From an uncultured Ignavibacteria bacterium (GTDB lineage: Bacteria; Zixibacteria; MSB-5A5; CAIYYT01): a stretch of 64,000 nt of DNA. The notes beneath the pieces were generated by a model. It worked only from the letters and a program-made list of their open reading frames with translations, was not told the DNA's origin and made no database searches. Location of the stretch: contig CAZIBI010000018.1 of the NCBI GenBank assembly GCA_964537215.1, positions 16,122 to 80,121 on the forward strand. Reading direction: 5' to 3'. Positions 9,091-18,203 of this stretch are shown in pieces. Position 1 is the first letter of the stretch. Every line of letters begins with the position of its first letter. The translations under genes were made by a program, and so were the position numbers.

Positions 9091-11058
9091 ATGGCACAGA
9101 CATTGGTTGAAAAGATAGCCCAGCAATTCGCGGTGGGGCTTGAGCCGGGACAATTAGTCCGCGCCGGCGACTATATCTCGATCCGCCCCGGCTACGTCAT
9201 GACCCACGACAACACCGGCGCTGTGATTCCGAAATTCAAATCGATCGGTGCCAGCAAAGTGTTCAATCAACGTCAGGTCGTGTTTACGCTCGATCACAAC
9301 GTCCAAGATACCGGCGCCGACAATCTGAAGAAATACGGAAAGATCGAGGCCTTCGCAAAAGAGCACGGCATCGATTTCTACCCGGCCGGCCGGGGAATCG
9401 GCCACCAGATCATGTGCGAGGAGGGCTACGCCTGGCCCGGCACAATGGCGGTGGCCTCCGACTCGCATTCCAATATGTACGGCGGACTCGGCTGTCTTGG
9501 CACGCCGATCGTTCGTACCGATGCTGCCGCAATTTGGGCGACCGGTCGCACCTGGTGGCAAGTCCCGCCGGTTGCCAAGGTCGAACTGCGCGGCAAGATG
9601 CGCCCCGGTGTCACCGGCAAGGATGTCATTGTCACGCTGTGCGGACTATTCAACAAGGACGAGGTTCTCAACCACGCAGTCGAGTTTTCCGGCGACGGTG
9701 TCAAGGCGCTCTCCATCGATGAGCGCCTGACGATCGCGAACATGACAACCGAGTGGGGTGCGTTGGTTGGAATCTTCCCGATCGATAACGTCACAATCGC
9801 CTGGCTGCGGGCGCGGGCGGAATTTGTCGCCAAACGCGGAGCGCAGAATGTGCCATCGGATGCCGGCGGCAACGGCACGCATCCGCGGATGAATCAGAAA
9901 CGGATCGATACTTTAGCAGCAAACATCCCGGTTGCCGATGCCGACGCCAGCTACGCGAAGGTGCTCTATCTCGACCTCGATTCAGTGCAGCCGTATGTCT
10001 CGGGTCCGAATACTGTTAAAGTGATGAACTCGGTTGCGGCGATGCGCGATAAAGGTGTCAAGATCGACAAGGCCTATCTCATGTCGTGTGTCAATGGCCG
10101 CATCGAAGACATCGCGCAAGCTGCTGCGATTACGCGCGGCAAAAAATTTTCGCCGAAGGTCAAATTCTATCTCGCGGCGGCTTCATCGGAAGTGCAGCAG
10201 GAATCGGAAAAGCGCGGCGATTGGAAAGTACTCGTCGACGCCGGCGCGATTGTTCTTCCCGCAGGATGCGGCGCATGTATCGGTCTCGGTGCGGGTACGC
10301 TTGAAGATGGTGAAATCGGCATCTCGGCAACCAACCGCAATTTCAAAGGCCGCATGGGCTCGCGCGAGGCGCAGGCGTATCTCGCATCGCCGGCAGTTGT
10401 GGCGGCTTCGGCGATCGCGGGGCATATCGATTTGCCCGGCATCGACGGCGACACCAAGCCGGTCGGCGGCATGGTTTCGCAGAGTGCCGCGGCGGCCAAA
10501 CCGGCGGCAGTTAAAATCATCGCTGGATTTCCGGCGCAAATTGAGGGAGAACTTATCTTCTGTCATCAGGACAATCTCAATACCGACGGCATCTATCCCG
10601 GCAAGTACACCTACAACGACGACTTCACGCCCGAGCAACAAGCCGCCGTCGTGATGGAAAACTATGATGCCGAATTCGGCAAGATCGTAGCGAAAGGGAA
10701 TGTGCTGGTCGGTGGATTCAATTTCGGTACCGGATCTTCGCGCGAGCAAGCGGCGACGGCGCTGAAGTATCGCGGCATCGCACTGGTCGTGGCCGGATCA
10801 TTTTCGGAGACCTACAAACGCAATGCGCTGAACAATGGCTTTCTCGCTATCGAAGCGCCGGAGTTGGTCAACGATCTTAAGAAACAATTCGGTGCGGAAA
10901 AGCTCACAGTCAAAACTGGAATCGTTGCTAACGTAGATTTCGCGCATTCGAGAATCGTCGCTGCCGGCAAAGAATATCCGATCGGTCCGGTCGGCGTCGC
11001 GGCACAAGAGCTGATTCTCTCCGGTGGCCTCGAAGAGTGGGTTAAGGCGAGATTGTAA
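9091..11058 (+). CDS. Aconitase-family hydro-lyase, fused large (LeuC-like) and small (LeuD-like) domains (3-isopropylmalate dehydratase / homoaconitase-like)
   Basis: 655 aa. The N-terminus 'MAQTLVEKI' resembles LeuC starts. 'ASDSHSNMYGGLGCLGTPIV' and later 'SCVNGRIED...CGACIG' provide the aconitase Fe-S ligand cysteine context. The C-terminal 'VGGFNFGTGSSREQAATALKYRGIALVVAGSFSETYKRNALNNG' matches the LeuD/aconitase swivel domain. Confidence 0.8.
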   Translation: MAQTLVEKIAQQFAVGLEPGQLVRAGDYISIRPGYVMTHDNTGAVIPKFKSIGASKVFNQRQVVFTLDHNVQDTGADNLKKYGKIEAFAKEHGIDFYPAGRGIGHQIMCEEGYAWPGTMAVASDSHSNMYGGLGCLGTPIVRTDAAAIWATGRTWWQVPPVAKVELRGKMRPGVTGKDVIVTLCGLFNKDEVLNHAVEFSGDGVKALSIDERLTIANMTTEWGALVGIFPIDNVTIAWLRARAEFVAKRGAQNVPSDAGGNGTHPRMNQKRIDTLAANIPVADADASYAKVLYLDLDSVQPYVSGPNTVKVMNSVAAMRDKGVKIDKAYLMSCVNGRIEDIAQAAAITRGKKFSPKVKFYLAAASSEVQQESEKRGDWKVLVDAGAIVLPAGCGACIGLGAGTLEDGEIGISATNRNFKGRMGSREAQAYLASPAVVAASAIAGHIDLPGIDGDTKPVGGMVSQSAAAAKPAAVKIIAGFPAQIEGELIFCHQDNLNTDGIYPGKYTYNDDFTPEQQAAVVMENYDAEFGKIVAKGNVLVGGFNFGTGSSREQAATALKYRGIALVVAGSFSETYKRNALNNGFLAIEAPELVNDLKKQFGAEKLTVKTGIVANVDFAHSRIVAAGKEYPIGPVGVAAQELILSGGLEEWVKARL

Positions 11059-11096
11059 GGCGATCAAATTCACTGCGATAAGAAAGGTGGTTGAGG

Positions 11097-11870
11097 ATGC
11101 TCGGTGGAATTACCGGAGATATCGTGGGCTCGGTGTACGAGTTCGACAATATCAAGACGACAGAATTCCCGCTATTTCGTGATGACTGCCGATTCACCGA
11201 CGATACAATTCTGACAGTAGCATTGGCAGAGACGATCTTGCGTGATCGTGACTACACCGAGAGATTGAAGCACTATTATCAAAAGTATCCTTTCGGTGGC
11301 TATGGCGGCTTCTTCTCTGCATGGGCGCGCTCGGATGACAGCAAACCCTACAATAGTTGGGGCAATGGCGCGGCAATGCGAATCGGACCAGTTGGATTTG
11401 CTTTTGACTCACTGGACGAGGTCTTGGCAAATGCAAAAAAGTACACCGAAATAACACACAACCATCCGGAGGGTATCTGCGGAGCGCAAGCAACTGCGTC
11501 CGCGATATTCCTGGCGCGAACCGGCAGCTCCAAGGACAAGATTCGCGAATACATCAGCGAAAATTTCGGCTACAATCTCAATCGGACCTGCGATGAAATC
11601 CGGCCCGAGTATGAATTCAACGAATCATGCCGCAAGACAGTGCCGGAAGCAATAATCGCCTTTTTCGATTCTCACGATTTTGAAAGTGCCATCCGAATCG
11701 CCGTCTCGCTGGGAGGAGATAGCGACACATTGGCGTGTATCACCGGTAGTATTGCCGAGGCATATTACGGCGGTGTACCAGAGCCAATCGCTGTTCAGGC
11801 GCTTTCGTTCTTGGATGAACACCTGCGCGGAATTACGAACGAGTTCGCCGGCAAGTTCCGGCGGCAGTAA
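11097..11870 (+). CDS. ADP-ribosylglycohydrolase family protein (DraG/ARH-like)
   Basis: The track start 11091 is a TTG. ATG at 11097 follows SD 'AAAGGTGG' by 6 nt. Hallmark ARH motifs are present: 'TDDT', 'GNGAAMR', 'THNHPEG', 'GGDSDT'. 258 aa. Confidence 0.8.
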   Translation: MLGGITGDIVGSVYEFDNIKTTEFPLFRDDCRFTDDTILTVALAETILRDRDYTERLKHYYQKYPFGGYGGFFSAWARSDDSKPYNSWGNGAAMRIGPVGFAFDSLDEVLANAKKYTEITHNHPEGICGAQATASAIFLARTGSSKDKIREYISENFGYNLNRTCDEIRPEYEFNESCRKTVPEAIIAFFDSHDFESAIRIAVSLGGDSDTLACITGSIAEAYYGGVPEPIAVQALSFLDEHLRGITNEFAGKFRRQ

Positions 11871-12252
11871 GTGTCGCTCTGCATTTGCGGGCGCCGGTAC
11901 TTTTGATTTAGCACTTCATTTCATTTTCTCCATTCAAATTCTTCCTTCCATTCGTTGCTTCGGTTGGGCGAGTCCCGAAAGAAATCGGCATAACCGGTCA
12001 TTCAAGTCGGGTCGCCCACGGCTTGCCGTGGGTTCATGAGTCAAATACGTCATTCTCGCGATCGTATTTCAAGCCCGCGATTGATGGCATTCACAATTCG
12101 GTCTTCTTCAGGGGATTCGGAACGTAAACATCTTTCACATCTTCCAATATCACAGCTCCTTGATCCTCTCTTGAGGCGGAGTGCGTTTTGTCAGCCCCTA
12201 TGCGAGCTCTTGGTCGGGCGAACGCAGTTAGCCCGTACATCACTTTGCTTCT

Positions 12253-12278
12253 CCCCTCTCCCCGTCTGGGGAGAGGGG
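12253..12278. repeat. Perfect G/C-rich hairpin CCCCTCTCCCC-gtct-GGGGAGAGGGG inside an 800 bp gene-free region
   Basis: 11 bp perfect inverted repeat with a 4 nt loop. No T-run on either side, so it is not a canonical terminator. Confidence 0.4.
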
Positions 12279-12664
12279 CAGGGGTGAGGGCAGAATCTTG
12301 TAGCAACTTGCTCGACATTATTCTTCGCCGGGTATAGTAGGGGATGCGATGTGTCTGCCGACCATCAATGGCAGTTGCTACGTCAGCTCTGGCACAACCT
12401 TCGAGTTCGTAACGGCCGTTACGAATCTAAACAATGCTCGACCTCGAAGGCGTCAGTTCACGCAAGCAGTCAGCCGGTGGAGAGCCCCGCGAAACCGTCA
12501 AGAGACTGTTAGTATCGGCGGCAGATACATTTCAAGCGGACCTTCTGTTCGACTTGAGTGACCGGTCATGCACAATTAATTCGGATTTCAACACAATCCG
12601 AAGGAAGAGACGAAGTTGAAGGAGAATACAAAATGAAGAACCAAACCTAGGCCCGAAGCGCCAG

Positions 12665-13354
12665 CTATCCCAAGGCGAAATTAACAGCGGCTTCGGCGTG
12701 AATGTGCGTCGTGTCAAAGAGCGGAGCACTTGTGTCAGTCGGCTTGATCAAAATCGGAATCTCGGTGCAGCCGAGCACAACTGCCTGCGCGCCGCGTTGC
12801 TGCAGCTGCGCAATAATATCGAGAAAGCGCGACTTCGTCTCCGGCTTGAAAATCTCCAGCGCCATTTCATCGAGTATTGCGTCGTGAATATACAGGCGGT
12901 CGCTTTGTTCGGGAATCAAAGTCTCAATTCCGCGCGTCCTTAACTTGTCGTGATAGAACGGCTCCTGCATGGTGAATTTCGTGCCGAGCAGCGCGACCTT
13001 GTTGAGCTGCTTCTTGCTGATCTCCGCTGCAGTAGCTTCGGCGATGTGAATAATCGGGATGCCAATCTTCTCTTGAATGCGGTCGGCAATCTTGTGCAGG
13101 GTGTTCGCACAGAGTACGAGACCCTCCGCGCCGCCCGTCTCCAAATTGCGCGCAATCGCGATCACGCGTTGGGTGACATTCTCCCAACCCTCGGGCGTGT
13201 CCGGCGGCCGGAATTCTTCGAAGTTGACGGAATAGAGCAGAATCTTAGCGGAGTTTAGTCCGCCTAGCCGTTCATTGACAAGTCGATTGAGAATGCGGTA
13301 ATAGTCGACCGTAGATACCCAAGTCGTACCGCCGATGAGCCCGAGTGTTTTCAT
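12665..13354 (-). CDS. Asp/Glu/hydantoin racemase family protein (aspartate racemase-like)
   Basis: 229 aa. 'MKTLGLIGGTTWVSTVDYYRILN' is the N-terminal motif of amino-acid racemases. The paired catalytic Cys contexts 'LVLCANTLH' and 'VVLGCTEIPILI' are present. Confidence 0.8.
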   Translation of the reverse strand: MKTLGLIGGTTWVSTVDYYRILNRLVNERLGGLNSAKILLYSVNFEEFRPPDTPEGWENVTQRVIAIARNLETGGAEGLVLCANTLHKIADRIQEKIGIPIIHIAEATAAEISKKQLNKVALLGTKFTMQEPFYHDKLRTRGIETLIPEQSDRLYIHDAILDEMALEIFKPETKSRFLDIIAQLQQRGAQAVVLGCTEIPILIKPTDTSAPLFDTTHIHAEAAVNFALG

Positions 13355-13515
13355 AACTCATAATACGAGAAGAGATCGACAAAGATAGCGCAAAATTTGC
13401 AACGGTGGACACTTATCAAAGGCATTAAACGCGCGCGGGACTGATGCGTCTTAGAAACATCAGTAAGTTGTTACGATAAATCCCCATTGACTGCACTCGG
13501 GAAAAGGAGTGAAAG

Positions 13516-14976
13516 ATGAATGTTGTGAAAGTGTTGGTTGCAGCAGCGCTAGTTTGCATGTTGAACGCTTGCAGCAGCACGCCGGTCGACGATGGCAAGG
13601 TGCCGATTAGCACGAGTTCCGACAAGGCGCGTGAACTGTTCGTCCAAGCGCGCAATCTCAATGAAGGCTTGCGCGCCAACGACGCCATACCTTTGCTCGA
13701 ACAGGCGCTGGCGCTGGATTCGAATTTTGCGCAGGCACATTTGCTGATGTCGCAGGTCGCGCCGGGCGCCGCCGAATTCTTTGCCAGTTTGGATGCCGCT
13801 CGCAAGTCCGCTACCAATGCCAGCGAAGCCGAACAGTTGATGATCACCTCGTTTGATGCCGGCGTGAACGGCAATACACCGGTGCAGGAACAAACCCTAC
13901 AGAAGCTCGTCGCTGCGCGGCCGCGCGATGAACGCGTGCATACCTTGGTGGGAAATCTCTACTTTGCACAGCAGCGTTATCCGGAGGCAATTGCCGCTTA
14001 TCAGAAAGCACTCGCAATCGATTCGACTTTCTCGCCGGTTTACAATCAGCTGGGATACAGTTATCGCTTTTCCGATAAGGATGCTGATGCCGAAATCGCA
14101 TTCAAGAAATACATCGAGCTGGTTCCGAATGACCCCAACCCGTACGACTCGTATGCGGAGCTTTTGATGAAGCTGGGTCGCTTCGATGAGTCGATAGCGC
14201 AGTACGAGCGGGCGCTGAAAGTTCAGTCGACATTCCAGCCATCGTATTTCGGAATCGCGACGAATCTCAATTTCCTCGGACGCCATGAAGAAGCGCGCGT
14301 CCGGCTCCAGCAAGTCCTGGATGCGGCGGAGAACGACGGTCAGCGTCGTGCGGCGTTCAACGCAATGGCGGCTTCGTACATCGACGAAGGCAAATACGAA
14401 CAGGCGCTTGAGATGCTGACAAAGCAATACGACATTGCTGCGACCAAGAACGATTTTGCTGCTATGTCGGGCGATGTCAACACCATCGGAAACGTTCTGC
14501 TGGAAATGGGACGCTACGATGACGCTCTCAAGAAATTCAATGAGACAGTCGAGTTGCAGGCGAAAGCCGAAAACAACTCGGAGAAACTATCGGAGCAAGC
14601 GCGGCTAAACTTCGAATATGATGCCGGACGCGTCGCTGCCTGGAAGGGAGATCTTGAGACAGCGAAAAAATATCTCGCTTCCTATCAGGCAAAGGCGGAG
14701 GCGAACCAAAATCCGTTCCAACTTTGGCAGGCGCACCAGTTGGCGGGGATAGTCGCGATGCAGGAAAAGAACTGGGATGAGGCAATATCAGGACTAAAAC
14801 AGTCTAATCTTCAGAATCCATACAATTTGTATCTGATTGGGGAAGCTTACAATGCCCTAGGCGACACTGCCCGTGCACCCGAGTATCTGCACAAGGCGGT
14901 TAACTTCAATTTGGTCAACAACATACAACAGTCAATGGCGCGTCGACGTGTTGCCAGGATGACCGGCGAAGCATAG
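13516..14976 (+). CDS. TPR-repeat lipoprotein
   Basis: SD AAAGGAG 5 nt upstream. Signal peptide with lipobox 'LNACSS'. Repeated TPR-like helices (A..Y..AL..D) across about 450 aa. Confidence 0.7.
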   Translation: MNVVKVLVAAALVCMLNACSSTPVDDGKVPISTSSDKARELFVQARNLNEGLRANDAIPLLEQALALDSNFAQAHLLMSQVAPGAAEFFASLDAARKSATNASEAEQLMITSFDAGVNGNTPVQEQTLQKLVAARPRDERVHTLVGNLYFAQQRYPEAIAAYQKALAIDSTFSPVYNQLGYSYRFSDKDADAEIAFKKYIELVPNDPNPYDSYAELLMKLGRFDESIAQYERALKVQSTFQPSYFGIATNLNFLGRHEEARVRLQQVLDAAENDGQRRAAFNAMAASYIDEGKYEQALEMLTKQYDIAATKNDFAAMSGDVNTIGNVLLEMGRYDDALKKFNETVELQAKAENNSEKLSEQARLNFEYDAGRVAAWKGDLETAKKYLASYQAKAEANQNPFQLWQAHQLAGIVAMQEKNWDEAISGLKQSNLQNPYNLYLIGEAYNALGDTARAPEYLHKAVNFNLVNNIQQSMARRRVARMTGEA

Positions 14977-15002
14977 ACGCATCCGAATTTTGAGCCTTTT
15001 GA

Positions 15003-15038
15003 AGGGTCCCGATCCGTGCGATCAGGACCCTTTTTCGC
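15003..15038 (+). terminator. Rho-independent terminator after TPR lipoprotein gene
   Basis: Hairpin 'GGGTCCCGATC...GATCAGGACCC' followed by TTTTTCG. Confidence 0.55.
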
Positions 15039-15116
15039 ATCAAAAGATTGCGAAAAATTTCACAACATTCTGCTAAATCGCTTGACAAAGTAAGACGATT
15101 CTTACATTGTGAGCAC

Positions 15117-15551
15117 ATGATTACACTGACGCCCAAAGATGAGGATTATCTCGAGACGATTTATCGCATTTCGCGCGATTTCGATACGGTCGGTGTTACC
15201 GACATTGCGCGGGCGCGGAATGTGACCGTACCCACAGCACGTACAGCTGTCGGTCGTTTGATCCGTTATGGCCTCGTGCGCCAACAACACTATGGGAAGA
15301 TCATCCTCAACGCCGATGGTGAAAAGCTGGGTGAGCAACTGTACTCGGTGCATCGGACTTTGCGACGCTTTTTATCAGATGTTCTCCTTCTCGAAGCAGA
15401 ACAGGCGGATGCCGAGGCCTGCCGTATGGAGCATGGCCTTTCACGCGCGACGCTCAAGCGGCTGACCTTGTTCCTGGATGCCGTTCATGGTTGCGGTGGC
15501 GGCGCGGCTGGATGTCTAGGTAGGTACCGTCAATCAATTGGATCGAAATAG
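15117..15551 (+). CDS. Metal-dependent transcriptional regulator, DtxR/MntR family (short form, no SH3-like domain)
   Basis: 'EDYLETIYRI...VGVTDIARARNVTVPTARTAVGRLIRYGLV' is the DtxR-family winged HTH. About 144 aa from the ATG at 15117; the track start at 15048 is upstream and less likely. Sits directly upstream of feoAB. Confidence 0.8.
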   Translation: MITLTPKDEDYLETIYRISRDFDTVGVTDIARARNVTVPTARTAVGRLIRYGLVRQQHYGKIILNADGEKLGEQLYSVHRTLRRFLSDVLLLEAEQADAEACRMEHGLSRATLKRLTLFLDAVHGCGGGAAGCLGRYRQSIGSK

Positions 15552-15570
15552 TCATGAATAATGATCAAAG

Positions 15571-15586
15571 TGTGACACCTGTCACA
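15571..15586. promoter_or_regulatory. Perfect 16 bp palindrome TGTGACAC-C-TGTCACA between the DtxR-like gene and feoA: candidate metalloregulator operator
   Basis: 7 bp arms with a 2 bp spacer, located about 30 nt upstream of the feoA start. Related TTTGACAC direct repeats occur upstream of the TonB receptor gene. Confidence 0.35.
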
Positions 15587-15614
15587 ATCAAATATCGAAT
15601 TTTCGGGAGTGGTG

Positions 15615-15857
15615 ATGAATGACAAGAAGCTGACCCTGGCGGATCTCAAGCCAGGCGAAAGTGCGCGTATCGTGGCCGTTCATGCGAGTGGCCTGGCGCG
15701 GCATCGATTGATGGACTTCGGCTTCCGGTGCGGTGAACAAGTGACGATGGTGCGCAAGGCGCCCTTGTCCGACCCGATCGAATACAAACTGCGCGGGGCT
15801 TATGTCAGTCTGCGCAAGACCGAAGCGGGACAAATTGAAGTGGACAGCCGGCAATGA
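15615..15857 (+). CDS. feoA: Ferrous iron transport protein A
   Basis: 80 aa. SD GGGAG 5 nt upstream of the ATG at 15615. SH3-like FeoA pattern 'LADLKPGESARIVAV...RLMDFGFRCGEQVTMVRKAPLSDPIEYKLRGAYVSLRKTEA'. Overlaps the feoB start (ATGA). Confidence 0.85.
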   Translation: MNDKKLTLADLKPGESARIVAVHASGLARHRLMDFGFRCGEQVTMVRKAPLSDPIEYKLRGAYVSLRKTEAGQIEVDSRQ

Positions 15858-18007
15858 TGACCGTTGACGTAGACAAAAAGTCGTTCACTGTCGCGTTGGT
15901 GGGAAATCCCAACTGCGGGAAGACTTCGGTTTTCAACGGACTTGTCGGTGCACGCGCGCACGTCGGGAACTATCCGGGCGTGACAGTGGAAAAACGCAGT
16001 GCGACGCTTACTCGCGGCGGACTGCAGATCGAATTTGTCGATTTGCCGGGAGTGTATTCGCTTTCAGCGGCGACTCTGGATGAACGCATCGCCCGCAAAT
16101 TTATCCTGCACAACAAGCCCGACCTCGTTGTCAATGTCATCGACACCGGCAATCTCGAACGCAATCTCTATCTCACCGCGCAGGTGATGGAGATGGGCGT
16201 GCCGATGCTCTTCGTGCTGAACATGTGGGATGAAGCGCAGAAGCAGGGCATCGTCGTGAACGAGGAGAAACTTTCGCGGATGCTCGGCGGACCTTTGGTC
16301 AAGACTGTCGCTCACAAGGGCGAGGGTGTCAAGGATCTGCTGGATCTGACCGTGAAGTTCTTGCAGGACCGCGAGGCCATGGTCACTTTCGCGCCGCGCG
16401 TCAAATACGGCGGCGAGATCGACCGGCAGATTGCCGCGATAACGCGCACAGTCGGATCGACCAGTTGCAACACATTACCGCCGCGCTGGTACGCAGTCAA
16501 TCTGCTTGAGAATACAGTGAATATCGACGACTTCGCCAAACCGACGGTCGAAGAGCGCGAGTTGATTTTCAGTCAGGTTGCCGATTCCAAGAATCGGATC
16601 AAAAAACAAATGGGGCATGAGTCGGACACGGCGATTACGGATGCGCGCTATCGTTATATCGGCGATGTTCTGGATACGGCTGTTAATCGCGGCCGGGACA
16701 ATCGCATGCAGTTTTCGAACCGGCTCGATTCGATCCTGACGCACAAGTATTTCGGCTATCCGATTTTCCTGTTCTTCATGTGGTTGATATTCCAGGCGAC
16801 ATTCATGATCGGGCAGTATCCGGCGGAGTGGATCGACACCGGTGTCGGAGCACTGCAGGGACTTGTATCAGGATTGCTGCCGGCGGGGGTGTTAAACGAT
16901 TTGATAACTGACGGCATGATCGGCGGCATGGGCGCCGTGCTGGTGTTCCTGCCGAATATCATGATATTATACCTTGGCATCGCCGTGATGGAAGATTCCG
17001 GCTATATGTCGCGGGCAGCGTTTATGATGGATCGCTTCATGCGTGTGCTTGGGCTAAACGGCAAGGCGTTCATTCCGCTGCTAATGGGATTTGGCTGCAA
17101 TGTCCCGGCAATTATGGCGACGCGGACGCTCGAATCGCACCGCGACCGTGTGTTGGCGGTATTGATTATTCCGTTCATGTCTTGCTCGGCGCGGCTTTCC
17201 GTTTACGTGCTGTTTTGCGGAGCGTTTTTTGCCGGTCATGCCGGTAATGTGATTTTCAGCCTGTATTTACTGGGTATCGCGGTGGCGGTCGGGTTTGGGC
17301 GATTGCTCAAGCACAGCTTGTTCAAAGACGACACTGCACCATTCTTCATGGAGTTTCCGCCATATCGCCGGCCCACTTTCAAAGCCGGCCTGCTGATGAT
17401 GTGGGAGCGGGCGAAGATCTACTTAGGCAAGATCGGCGGCGTGATATTGGTAGCGTCGATCGTGATTTGGTTCCTCGGAGCATTTCCGCGCATCGACAGC
17501 TACTCGCAGGATTACGATACGCAGATCGCGCAATTGCAACAGCAACCGACGGAAGCTGCCGGCGAGCAGATCGTCCATTTGCAAAGCCAGATGAAGATTG
17601 AAGAGATCCAGCACTCGTACATTGGCAGACTGGGTAATTTGATTCAGCCGATCATCGAGCCGTTGGGATTCAACTGGCAGATGGGGATCGCGCTGATTAC
17701 GGGATTTGTTGCGAAAGAAATCGTCGTGTCGACACTGGGTGTGCTCTATCAACTCGGTGAGGATGTCGACGAGTCGTCTACTTCGCTAATGACGATTATC
17801 AGCGACCCGTCGGGCGGAATCTCGCCGTTGGTGGCGTACGCCTTCTTAGTGTTCGTCCTGCTCTATACGCCGTGCCTGACTGTGATGGCGGCGATGAAAC
17901 GCGAAATCGGCGCCAAGTGGATGTGGTTTGGGATGTCGGTGCAGTTGGTGATTCCGTGGATCGTGGCGTTCGCTATTTATCGGATCGGGATGCTAATCGG
18001 GATGTAA
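15854..18007 (+). CDS. feoB: Ferrous iron transport protein B
   Basis: 717 aa. N-terminal G-domain 'VALVGNPNCGKTSVFNGL...GNYPGVTVEK'. Followed by a polytopic membrane domain with the conserved FeoB gate region. Confidence 0.95.
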   Translation: MMTVDVDKKSFTVALVGNPNCGKTSVFNGLVGARAHVGNYPGVTVEKRSATLTRGGLQIEFVDLPGVYSLSAATLDERIARKFILHNKPDLVVNVIDTGNLERNLYLTAQVMEMGVPMLFVLNMWDEAQKQGIVVNEEKLSRMLGGPLVKTVAHKGEGVKDLLDLTVKFLQDREAMVTFAPRVKYGGEIDRQIAAITRTVGSTSCNTLPPRWYAVNLLENTVNIDDFAKPTVEERELIFSQVADSKNRIKKQMGHESDTAITDARYRYIGDVLDTAVNRGRDNRMQFSNRLDSILTHKYFGYPIFLFFMWLIFQATFMIGQYPAEWIDTGVGALQGLVSGLLPAGVLNDLITDGMIGGMGAVLVFLPNIMILYLGIAVMEDSGYMSRAAFMMDRFMRVLGLNGKAFIPLLMGFGCNVPAIMATRTLESHRDRVLAVLIIPFMSCSARLSVYVLFCGAFFAGHAGNVIFSLYLLGIAVAVGFGRLLKHSLFKDDTAPFFMEFPPYRRPTFKAGLLMMWERAKIYLGKIGGVILVASIVIWFLGAFPRIDSYSQDYDTQIAQLQQQPTEAAGEQIVHLQSQMKIEEIQHSYIGRLGNLIQPIIEPLGFNWQMGIALITGFVAKEIVVSTLGVLYQLGEDVDESSTSLMTIISDPSGGISPLVAYAFLVFVLLYTPCLTVMAAMKREIGAKWMWFGMSVQLVIPWIVAFAIYRIGMLIGM

Positions 18008-18047
18008 GCGACACCAGACCTCTCTAAATCATCCTTCAGACAATTTT

Positions 18048-18083
18048 AGAGCCGCCTGATTATCGGGCGGCTTTTACTTTTGG
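18048..18083 (+). terminator. Rho-independent terminator after feoB
   Basis: Hairpin 'AGCCGCC-tgattatcg-GGCGGCT' followed by TTTACTTTTGG. Confidence 0.6.
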
Positions 18084-18131
18084 CGCCGCACTTGTAACCC
18101 CAGTGTCACAGATACCAAGCATCTTCACAAA

Positions 18132-18169
18132 TGTCGATAATTATTGTCGATTTGACACGGCTTTGACAC
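18132..18169. promoter_or_regulatory. Short direct-repeat array (TGTCGAT x2, TTTGACAC x2) upstream of the TonB-dependent receptor gene: candidate operator/promoter
   Basis: TGTCGAT at 18132 and 18145. TTTGACAC at 18151 and 18162. The half-site resembles the TGACAC arms of the feoA-upstream palindrome. Confidence 0.3.
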
Positions 18170-18203
18170 AGACGCGAGTGAAATCCCTAATTTTAGCACG
18201 GCT

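Noticed and set aside
9154-10749. Multiple 100-200 aa ORFs on both strands inside the aconitase-family gene (e.g. 10034-10654 +, 10183-10749 -)
   Set aside because: They are embedded in or antisense to a strongly supported gene. Their Arg/Ser/Pro-rich compositions are typical of out-of-frame GC-rich translation.
11871-12664. Possible tmRNA or RNase P RNA in the 800 bp gene-free region
   Set aside because: No GGGGCTGATTCTGGATTCGACGGG-like tmRNA 5' end. No tag-peptide reading frame. No GGAAAGTCCGGGCTCC RNase P P4 motif on either strand. Region kept only as generic structured-RNA candidate.
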